NCBI GenBank assembly: GCA_963700285.1
Contig: CAVOXA010000010.1
Location: forward strand, 128,001-192,000
Direction of reading: 5' to 3'
Length of the DNA stretch: 64,000 nucleotides
Source of the DNA: an uncultured Chloroflexia bacterium
GTDB lineage: Bacteria > Chloroflexota > Anaerolineae > JAAYZQ01
Of this stretch, positions 24,473 through 33,400 are shown piece after piece. The translations under genes and the position numbers were made by a program. Under the pieces are notes generated by a model, which saw only the letters and a list, made by a program, of their open reading frames with translations, had not been told where the DNA came from and did no database searches. How positions within the stretch are numbered: position 1 is the stretch's first letter; each line of letters begins with the position of its first letter.

Positions 24473-24516
24473 AGCCGTCTGGGCTTGCCGAGTCCGCAAG
24501 CCCAGACGGCGTCAAT
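24473..24516. terminator. Hairpin downstream of the SHOCT gene
   Basis: GCCGTCTGGGCTTGC-loop-GCAAGCCCAGACGGC. Confidence 0.55.
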
Positions 24517-24587
24517 GGCGCTGGATTGTGATCCACGGTGAGCAGGCTATGACTTGCTCTGGCTTCGTGCAGCCAAGAGATCCGCTG

Positions 24588-25049
24588 CTATCCCTCAAGC
24601 TCCTGCTTCTTGGCCAGATACTCCTCGGGGGTGATGATCCCCTTGTCCCGCTGATCCTCGAGCTTTACCAGCTCTGCCTCGGTCTCCGAAGCGGACAGTT
24701 GGCTGGCCTCGGATGGGTGGACGCCAGTGGAGGCCCGCATAGCGGCCTCGGCGCCTGCCGGGTAACCCGGTACCTCTTTGCGCTTGTTGACAATCTGGCC
24801 CCACTTCATGATGTCAAGCACGACGCCCAGGAAAACCCACATCCAGTCCCAGCCGGCCACCCCGAGCCCGGGACTCCAGGCCAGGACGTACATGATCGTC
24901 GTGTAGGGCAAAAAGATGAGACCGAGCAGCGGCACGATGAACGTGTCAAAGGCGGCGTTCACCCGATCGCCAACGATCCACATGAAAGCCAATACCAGCC
25001 GCGGCGCGAACGCCGCACCCATCGCCAAGAGACAACCACAACCTAGCAT
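24588..25049 (-). CDS. Small membrane protein with C-terminal SHOCT domain
   Basis: PRL...PLLGLIFLPYTT hydrophobic core; ELVKLEDQRDKGIITPEEYLAKKQEL; GGAGGAGG RBS. Confidence 0.8.
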   Translation of the reverse strand: MLGCGCLLAMGAAFAPRLVLAFMWIVGDRVNAAFDTFIVPLLGLIFLPYTTIMYVLAWSPGLGVAGWDWMWVFLGVVLDIMKWGQIVNKRKEVPGYPAGAEAAMRASTGVHPSEASQLSASETEAELVKLEDQRDKGIITPEEYLAKKQELEG

Positions 25050-25300
25050 AATGAAACCTCCTCCTTGATTATTTGTCAGTTGTTGGAGTTGCAGCGCCAA
25101 CAGCTGAGATCACCACCGCAGTCTGATTACCCTGCGTGTCAGGCAATTTCTATTCCATCAGGGGTACAATGATTCTCATCTGACTCTCGTCGTGCTCAAC
25201 TGACCGGATACACTGGGCCTGGGCGGCCCCAAGGTCGAGCAGACCAAATGGTATGGGGGATTATAGCATATGAGCGGCAGGTACACAAGCCATCCAGGTG

Positions 25301-25421
25301 GAGATTGCTTTCCTGTCGCTGCGCTCAGGACAGGCTCTCGCTACACTCGTCGCAATGACACAGTGGCGGTATCATTCCGGATAGAGTAGCGACCTGTGCC
25401 ATGGAACTCTCGCAATGACAG
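25301..25421. repeat. Degenerate REP-like palindromic elements (GAGATTGC...CGCAATGAC type)
   Basis: GAGATTGCTT...TCGCAATGACA with an internal CCTGTC/GACAGG stem, and a second TCGCAATGACA ending near 25420. Confidence 0.5.
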
Positions 25422-25489
25422 ATCTGACTGGCAGTGCATGTCAAGGGAGAATGCGACAGCCCTGGCAGCTCATGGAGCTCGCCTGCTCG

Positions 25490-26707
25490 CTAACCTGATC
25501 TGACGAGTACTACGGCAACCGCCGTCACCACGATCAGCAGCGCGGCCGGTACCATGCGCCGGTAGATACCGCCCCAGGTGGCCCGAAAGTAGACCCGGGT
25601 CAGCGCCAAGCAGAGGTGAACGGGGGACAGCAGCAGGCCCACGTAGCCGCCGGCGTAGGCCAGCAGGCCACAACCGCTGGCCACCACGTCGGGTCCGCAC
25701 AGGGGCAGGACAATGGGAAAGCCGATGGCAAAGGCGGGCAGGGCCAGCCCCGTCAGCAACCCGGCCACCAGGGGAACCGTGAAGACGATTACGTAGACAG
25801 GGATGCCCAGTTCGGCAAAGCCCGCCGAGACCGCCTCCACCGCGCCGCTGCTCTCCAGGACGCGGCGAAAGACCATCGTCCCCACGATGATGGGCACCGT
25901 GCCCAGGGGCATGGCCCGCGCCAGGTCCCACAGCACGCGCGGCCCCAGGCGGTAGGCGGCGATCAGGGCAGCAATGGTCAGCACCAGCGACAGGATCAGG
26001 TCCAGGCCCAGCACAATGGACAGCCCCAACACCATGACAATGGGCCAGATGCTCTTGGCCAACAACAGGAGCGACTCCCTGCGATCGGTTCCTCCCTCAT
26101 CGGCTGCGGCCTTGGCCCGACTGATCCCGACCAGGCCAAACAGGATGCCGCCGGCCAACGTGGCCAGAAAAAGGGGCCACTGGGTCATGGTCAAGGTCTG
26201 GGGCGAGGCCCCCATCAGGCCGGCGGCCAGGACCAGCGAGGGATAGAGCGGGAAGATGGTCTCCAGGGAGTGGCGGAACCAGTAGTTGACAAAGGTTTTC
26301 CGCTCCTGGCTGAGGTTCAGGCCCTGGCTGGCTTCTTCCACCATCGGCGCGGAAAACATTGCCCCGCCTATCATCGGCAGTAAGCCGATGAGCATGGGCA
26401 AGATAGCCAGCAGCCAGCGCCGGTCCACAAAGAGGTCGCTGAGGGAGCGGATGAGTCCCTCCATTTGCAGCGTGCGGCCCAGGATCAGACCCAGGTAGGT
26501 GATCAGCAGCACGATGGCCACCAGGCGCAAGGTGAGGGGATCCACAGCCGCCCCCAGGGCATCCAGGGCCAGGTCGCTGAGAGGGCGCCCAAAGAGCAGG
26601 CCGGTCGCCAGCGAAGCCAGGAAGAGGACCAGGCCAACGTTCCAGCCGAACCGGAGCAAAAAGATGATGATGGCCAGAATGCCCACGAGCTTGACCAAGT
26701 CAAGCAT
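25490..26707 (-). CDS. DUF401-family membrane protein (putative transporter)
   Basis: IGLLPMIGGAMFSAPMV, NYWFRH...PLYP, LLSPVHLCL motifs; many TM helices. Confidence 0.85.
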   Translation of the reverse strand: MLDLVKLVGILAIIIFLLRFGWNVGLVLFLASLATGLLFGRPLSDLALDALGAAVDPLTLRLVAIVLLITYLGLILGRTLQMEGLIRSLSDLFVDRRWLLAILPMLIGLLPMIGGAMFSAPMVEEASQGLNLSQERKTFVNYWFRHSLETIFPLYPSLVLAAGLMGASPQTLTMTQWPLFLATLAGGILFGLVGISRAKAAADEGGTDRRESLLLLAKSIWPIVMVLGLSIVLGLDLILSLVLTIAALIAAYRLGPRVLWDLARAMPLGTVPIIVGTMVFRRVLESSGAVEAVSAGFAELGIPVYVIVFTVPLVAGLLTGLALPAFAIGFPIVLPLCGPDVVASGCGLLAYAGGYVGLLLSPVHLCLALTRVYFRATWGGIYRRMVPAALLIVVTAVAVVLVRSG

Positions 26708-27296
26708 GTGGCTGGTCGCCCATCTCGGCTATCACTCGTTCCAGATCCTGGATGGCCTCAGCCAGTTCATCGGCCAGCGGGTGCTGGCCCAACCGCTCTC
26801 GAACCAGGGCGCCAACGCTCAGGTAGTACCAGAGGGAAGGCCCTGGCCCGCGCGAGAAATGGCTCCAGAGCGAGGGTCCGTATAGACCCAGATCCCGGGC
26901 CAGGGATCTGGCGCTGTGCAGGGCATCTGCGGCCTTGACGGCCACCGCGTCAGGGCTGGCCGCACGGACCTGGGCCAGCACCTCCCGCTTTCGATCCTCC
27001 CAGGGGCGCTCCACACCAGCCTCCAGCTTTCGCTCGGTGACAGCGGCGACGAGCTCGGCGACGCTGGGGCCAAAAACAGCCTCAATGCGGGCCAGGGAAA
27101 TGTCCTGATCCTCGACGACATCATGCAGTAGCCCGGCGACAACCACCTCCTCTGCAAAACCATGGCGCAGCAGAATGGTGGACACGTGTACCGGGTGCAC
27201 GATATAGGGTACGTCCCCCGCCTTGCGATCTTGATGGCGATGGGCCTGGGCCGCCAGGGTCAGGGCAGCTTCGTAGCGTTGTGAAAAAGCCTTCAT
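26700..27296 (-). CDS. Stand-alone RelA/SpoT-type HD domain protein (small alarmone hydrolase-like)
   Basis: AHRHQDRKAGDVPYIVHP, GLLHDVVED, VTE, VKAAD motifs. Confidence 0.85.
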   Translation of the reverse strand: MKAFSQRYEAALTLAAQAHRHQDRKAGDVPYIVHPVHVSTILLRHGFAEEVVVAGLLHDVVEDQDISLARIEAVFGPSVAELVAAVTERKLEAGVERPWEDRKREVLAQVRAASPDAVAVKAADALHSARSLARDLGLYGPSLWSHFSRGPGPSLWYYLSVGALVRERLGQHPLADELAEAIQDLERVIAEMGDQPHA

Positions 27297-27544
27297 ATCG
27301 ACTCCGGCCAATGGGCAATTGAACCGGCCTGTGATGGAGCTGGCCTGCGCGCCCGTCCCGCGAGTGGGGATTATAGCACCAGCCTGGCAGATCCACAAAC
27401 AGCCACGCGCCCCAGATTGGACAGATCTAGCCTGTCATGGTTTCGTTGAAGAGGATCGGCATGATCCAACTCGTGGGCAAGGGGCCATCCGAAAAGGGAG
27501 CGGAACATGAAGACGATCCAGCGGGCCTGGGATTGGTGGGCCGT

Positions 27545-27796
27545 TCAAACCTCGAACGCCTTTTCCCCAGCCTCCACGGAAAAGGGCAACCAGGTCTCTA
27601 CCGGCGCCAGGGGGCAAACCCACTGCTCGTTGTAGGCGCAGGAGGGGTGCGACTTGAATAGATCGTTCCTCGCCGCCCGGAATGCTTCCCAGGCGCTCGC
27701 CTGCCCGGCTGGCGGCGCCTTCCGCACGGAAGCGTACATCTCGGCTACGGTCCGGCGCCAATGCGCCAGGGCAAGGGGATCGCCCGGTGTCGTCAT
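27545..27796 (-). pseudogene. DUF1684-family gene with an in-frame internal deletion
   Basis: N-terminal WRR..AEMYA...WEAFRAARNDLFKSHP is fused directly to C-terminal PSCAYNEQWVCPLAP....L...VEAGEK; only 83 aa. Confidence 0.65.
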
Positions 27797-29097
27797 GATT
27801 CCAGTACCTTTCTGAGGCCCCACTGGGCCCGGCCACGAAGGCCCCACCACACGACCATCGTCTCGACCATGAATCCGAATAACAAGGCCGCTACACCCCG
27901 CGTCGCACCATAGACTCCCAGGAGCGGCAGGAGGAGCAGTGCGACCAACACGGCCACGACGCGAGCGGGTGCGCTGGGCGCCATGGCCTGGGTACGGCGC
28001 TCGAACAGCCCGATGCCATGCAGGTAGGCGCGGGCCATCACCACCAGGGGGAAGAAGGTAAAGACCACCAGCGGCATCGCCGCGGCTGCCGCCAATCTGG
28101 CATCGACGCCGAGCAGCGTGCTCAGGATAAAATCCCGGACGGGTGTCCAGAATAGCAGAATCATGACGCCAAAGGACAGCAGCCCGCACCCGAGCGCAAA
28201 GCGGCGGATGTGTGCCAGACTGTTTTCCCTGTCCTGGAATGCAGCCGGCAGGTTCCGGATCTCATTCAGCCAGCCGTAGGGCAGGAGGCCCAGGGCATAG
28301 GTGATGGTCAACACAGCCAGCGCCTCGGTCCCGCCCGGTTCTCTGGCCACAAAGAGGTTGATGAGCGGCCGGCTCAAGCCCTGGATGGCCATGATCAGAG
28401 CCAGGGGCCAGAAAAAGCGGATGATGTAGGAAAACGAAAGGTCAGACCCTGGCTCCCGCAGCAAGTGATCTGCATTACGCCAGTTTCCCCAAATGACAAC
28501 AGCCAGCTCGGCGAGCGCGCCGGCATAGATAACCAAAATGGGCAAGCGGATTGGATCGGTCTGTACAAAGGCGGTTGGCAGCAGGGCGAACACAGCCAGC
28601 GTACTGGCACCCATGCTGACAAGCATGGCCAGGCTGACCACACCGGTCCGGCGGATGCGGAGCAGCAATCCTGAATGGTACCAGGCCAACCCCCTGAGCA
28701 AGGGGAGGGGAATCAGCCAGAGGATCACCGTCCGAGCTGCAGCGCCCAGGCTCCGGCTGACACCGTGCAGGTCCTCGATCACCCAATTCCCCAACGGTGT
28801 CAGCACCAGGCTGGCCAGGATGGCCCCCAGCAGCAGCCCGAAGAGCAGGACAAACCAATGTACCCGTTTGAAGGCCTGCCGGCCGTCGACCAGCACCAGG
28901 CCCAGTTGCCTGGTCTGCAGCATGGTCGTCGTCAAAAAGCTCACCAGGAACCAGGCCAGGCCAAAACTGGCCAGGGTCTCTGTCGCTCTTGGCAAACGGG
29001 CCATGCCGCCGTTCAGTACCTGCGTGCCCAACTCCTGCACCACTGTCATCAGGACCAGGGGCAGGAGAAAACGAATGAGTTCGATATATATCATCAT
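27793..29097 (-). CDS. ANKH (progressive ankylosis)-family membrane transporter homolog
   Basis: Colinear motif matches to recalled human ANKH: [71 protein letters not shown]. Confidence 0.85.
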   Translation of the reverse strand: [434 protein letters not shown]

Positions 29098-29124
29098 GCC
29101 GCCAGTGCGCGCATTGTAGCACAC

Positions 29125-29454
29125 TCACAACTGTTCGACAAAGCGAGAACCTGCGACATCCACTGACGCGCTCTCTGATGAGATTTGGATCGGGATCGTC
29201 GGTACACTCGGATGGGCGGAGAGAAAGGGGACCAGTACTGACTCGGGCTGCTGCCCGGTTTGGTTCCGGTCGTCCGTCATGACGCCAAAGCTCAGCAGAA
29301 AATCCAACATCTCTTGCAGGTCGAGGAACATGGCGCTCTTGCCGCTCTGCACATGGTCAATCTGGCCACGCCAACGCGGTCCGGCGACGGACCATTCCCA
29401 CCAGAAGCGCACGACAAAGGTACTGGCCGGTACGACAGAAAGGGGCGCTTCCAT
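29125..29454 (-). CDS. Small conserved hypothetical protein
   Basis: TFVVRFW.E......WRGQIDHVQSGK...F.DL.EMLDFL pattern; lies downstream of the secreted-protein gene. Confidence 0.6.
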   Translation of the reverse strand: MEAPLSVVPASTFVVRFWWEWSVAGPRWRGQIDHVQSGKSAMFLDLQEMLDFLLSFGVMTDDRNQTGQQPESVLVPFLSAHPSVPTIPIQISSESASVDVAGSRFVEQL

Positions 29455-29539
29455 GTCGAGCCAGATCCAGCCCTTTCACGGGTAGAGGGTCGGGAACGTG
29501 GTTCCCGACCCTGTCATCCTTCTACACGAGGCTGTGCTG

Positions 29540-30229
29540 TCACGGAGCCTGGGTAGAAACCTGCCGTAGCAAGATGGTTAGGGCCAGCACACACAAACCA
29601 GCCAGCCCAATCCAAAGCGGCAGCAGCCCCTCCAGCGCGGTCCCGCCTGTCTCTGGCACCGTGGGCGGCGCCGCTGCGACCTCAAAGTTCACGACAAGCT
29701 CGTACGTTCCGGCAGGCGTGACATGAAAGCCGTCGTCGATTTGCTCGCTGACGTCCAGCAGGCTGCGCAGCGTATGCGCGCCAGCCGTTGGGCCGACGAG
29801 TACGACGTCCCAACTGCGGAGCTTGGTGATCACCTCTTCGTCCGTACCGTGACCGGGCAGGCCCGTTTGAGGCAGATCACCATCGTAGGTACCGAATGCC
29901 TCCAGATCCACCAACTGACCGTCGAGATACAGGCTCCAGGTCATTGCCTCCCAGTTTGAGTCACGGAGATCCTCGTCGGCCGAAAACCAGCCGTGCCCGA
30001 TGGCCAGCTCCGGAAGGGGTGGGACGCTGCACTCCGTCGTCGTGACTCCAGGGTTGACAAAGGCAGGAGAGCAGAAAGCCCAGATCGGCGGGCCATCCGA
30101 GCCACCAGCCCTCAAGACCATCCCGCCGATGCTGTCACCGGGCTGAAAGTCCTCCTGGGCCTGGAGCGTTCCGGGCATGACGAGGAATGCGAACACAAGC
30201 ACAATTGTTGCCATCAGACCTGTTTTCAT
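29540..30229 (-). CDS. Secreted surface protein with LPXTG-like (VPETG) C-terminal anchor
   Basis: Signal peptide ending LQA; VPETGG followed by a hydrophobic helix and Arg; AGGAGG RBS. Confidence 0.75.
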   Translation of the reverse strand: MKTGLMATIVLVFAFLVMPGTLQAQEDFQPGDSIGGMVLRAGGSDGPPIWAFCSPAFVNPGVTTTECSVPPLPELAIGHGWFSADEDLRDSNWEAMTWSLYLDGQLVDLEAFGTYDGDLPQTGLPGHGTDEEVITKLRSWDVVLVGPTAGAHTLRSLLDVSEQIDDGFHVTPAGTYELVVNFEVAAAPPTVPETGGTALEGLLPLWIGLAGLCVLALTILLRQVSTQAP

Positions 30230-30364
30230 TTTGACCTCCTGATTCTGCAGAATGGCGGTCTGTTGTTCATCCAGTGAAAACGGCAGCGATCTGGAACTAC
30301 CAGGTTCCTGTGACCGCCACGAATGCGCCCTGCCTCTATTGGCTGGATCTTGTTCTCAATAGGT

Positions 30365-30407
30365 AGCATACCACGAGGCAGTCAAGAAAGCATCAAATTT
30401 CCATCAA
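30365..30407 (-). promoter_or_regulatory. SARP-type binding site: three heptamer direct repeats at 11-bp period, 8 bp upstream of a -10 box
   Basis: Minus strand: TTGATGG-aaat-TTGATGC-tttc-TTGACTG-cctcgtgg-TATGCT. Confidence 0.7.
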
Positions 30408-30487
30408 AAAGCCCCACCTTCCTCAGAAAGGTGGGGGCTTGCTGCCTCCAACGAGCAGGTAGGAGGCAACACAGGTAGGGCCGCACG

Positions 30488-33400
30488 CTAATGCGGTTCG
30501 ATGACGACATCCTTCCAGGGCGGCGTAGCCATGGTCGATATTGAATACCTGCTCACCCACGGTTTGACCAGGCGGTGGATCGACACGTAGGTGAGGGGCA
30601 AGATCCTCACCTCCTCTATCAGATTCTTTTCCGCTTGCCCATAGAGCCTCATTCTCTCCGGTTGGTCCGTGACCCGCCTAGCCGCTTCTATCAGCCTCTC
30701 GCAGCTTCTGTCCCCCCACCCAATGCACCAAGGAATCGTACTCGTCCTCAAAAAACTGTCGGGATCGGGGTAATCGGCGAGCCACCCCGCGGCGAGCATT
30801 TGTGGCGGGTCGCCGAGCATCCAGCCCCACCAGGTCTCCCCTTCTACGACTTGCCAGGAGAGCTCTACGCCCAGGAGCTCCTTCCATCGCGCCTGCAGGT
30901 ACTGGAGATGGGGAAGAAGGCCGGGCAATCCCATGGCCTCAACAGCGGGGAAGCCACGACCTCCAGGAAAGCCAGCCTCAGCCAAGAGGTCACCCGCCCG
31001 GTCGGGACGGTACGGCAGACCGATCCCAAACGAGTGGCCTGGCATTCCCGGCGGCACGAATCCACCCGTGGCGGGCAGATCGTAACCCCTCAGGATCACG
31101 TCGGCCAGGGTCTCCTTTTCTGTGGCCAGGGCGAAGGCTCGGCGCACCCGCACGTCATCGAAAGGCGGTCGCCTCACGTCAAAGCCGACATAGCTCGTGC
31201 TGAGCCTTGGTACCCGGACATATTCCCTGGGATGGGCCCGGCGTGCGGCGTCCATCTCCGCTGGAGAAAGACGGGCAAGGTTCAGGATGTCCAGTTGGTC
31301 AGCCTCATACCTCTCCAGTGCGGCAGACGTCTCCATCTCGAGCAACAGGGTCAGTTCCACCCGCTGTACATTGCCCCCAAAGCGGCCATGATATGCTGGA
31401 TGCCGCGAGAGGATGATCCTCTCGCCTGGATGCCAGGACTCCAGTCGGAAGGGTCCATTGGTGACAGTATTCCCCTCCTCGGTCCAGGCTTTGCCCAGCC
31501 TCTCCACGACATGCCGGGGTACAGGCAGGGTGACAGGGTTGGCCAACAGGTAGAGAAAGTAGCCCGTTGGCCCCTCCAACTCTACTTCCAGGGTGCTGTT
31601 ATCGAGAGCCCGTACCCCCACCCGATCTGGATCGGAAGCCTCACCGCGATGGAAGGGTTGGGCTCCTTTCACGTCATAAAGCAGGTTGGCCACCGTCGAC
31701 CCGGTGGCCGGGTCCAAGGCGCGCTTCCAGGCGTATTCAAAATCGCGCGCGGTCACCGGGACGCCATCGCTCCATCGCACGTCGTCCCGGAGATTGAAGA
31801 TGTATCTACAGCCCCCGTCAAGGACTTTCCAGGTCCGGGCCACATCAGGCAAGACGTCCATCTCTGGGCTCAGCGTCACCAGCCCGCTAAAGAGTTGCTG
31901 GACCAGCTCAATGGAGCCCTGCGCATCGGCAAATGCCGGATCCAGGCGCGTCGCCGCGTCTGTCCAATGCGTCCTAAGGGCATGGGGCGCTGGGGTGAGC
32001 GGGATGACCCGCGCCATCGACGCCGCCCGCTGCCACAGGGCAAAACCTTCTTCGTAGACCTCACGCGCTTTGCGAAAATCAAAGGCATTGTGATGGGTAA
32101 GGCCCAAACTCATCAACGTCCGAGCAGCCCGTCCATCGTCCTCCTGTTCCTGGAGCAGTACCAGCGCCCGCCGGTAGTAGTCGATGGCTTCCCGGTGGGC
32201 GTACAGCCCTCGCGCCCGGTCCCCTGCCTGCAGCAGGTAGGCGACCGCCTTCTGCGCCAGTGCCCGGTCCAACTCCCGACCTTGCTCAAAGTGGTAGGCC
32301 AGCTCGCCGGCCAACGCCTCCGTCTGAGTAGTGCCGTAGAGGCGCTCCATTGCCGCGCCGGCCCGTCCGTGGGCGTGCTGCCGGCGCCGACGCGGAATCC
32401 CAGCATAGACGACCTCCTGGATCTTGTGGTGGGTGAAGGCATAGTCCCGCGTCATGGCGCCCCTGCCCTCATCGAGCAGTCGCCGCCGCAGCAGAACGTC
32501 CAATGCCTCCAGAGTCGCCTCCGTACCCCGCCCCCAAACTTCATTGAGCAGGTCGAAATCCAACTCACGACCCAAGATCGCTGCGAGGCACAACACCTCA
32601 CGCGCACCGTCATCCAGGCTATCGACCCGGGCCTCGATGGCTTCACTGAGGCTGGTGGGCAGCGGCAGTGCTTCCTCGCTGACCTGGGCAAAGTTGCCTC
32701 TCCAACGCCCTTTCTCTAGACGGACAAAGCCTGCCTCAAAGAGGGTTTTGACAATCTCCATCAGAAAGAATGGGTTGCCCTCCGTCTCTCGGAACAGTCG
32801 CCTGGCCAGAGGAACGACGGCTTCACCCGCTCCCGACATCTCAACTACCATCGTCTCTACAGCCTCGAGCGCCAGCCGGGGCAGGCGTAACAACAGGGTC
32901 CGCCCTTCCTGACTCAGCCTTCTCTGGAGAGCGTGCAGCGGATGTCGCCGTCCCACCGCTTCCGGGCGCAGAGTGACGACCAGCACGATCTTCTGGTCTG
33001 CAAGCTGGCGGGCCAGGTAGTGAAGCAGTTGTAGCGTAGACTCGCTGGCCCAATGCAGATCCTCGACGACCAGGAGAAGCGCCTGGGGCGAAGCCAAGTG
33101 GCTGAGAAGACCGGTCACACCCTCAAAGAGATATGCCTGTTCATGGGTAGAGTCTGCCGTATCTGGTACCTCCAAGCGGGTAGTTTGCTCCAGTATCTCG
33201 GGTACCAGGCGCGCCACCCCGGCGACGATCCGTGGCGCCAAACCTGCCAGTTCCGCTGGCGTTAGGTTGGGCAGAAGCGTATGCAGCGCCTCAGAGATGG
33301 GCTGGTAGGGCAGCAGGCGTTCGAATTCGTAGCAACGTCCCCACAACACTCGGCCGCCCCGCCAGCGCAGTTGCTGGGCTAGCTCTTCGGTCAGACGGGT

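Noticed and set aside
25301-25421. Active mobile element
   Set aside because: Only degenerate REP-like palindromes are present, with no transposase or nuclease gene nearby.
30575-32719. Long antisense ORFs (714 aa here; also 52207-53490, 16745-17911, 22233-23330, 8653-9660)
   Set aside because: They are shadows of well-supported genes on the opposite strand in GC-rich DNA and show no recognisable motifs.
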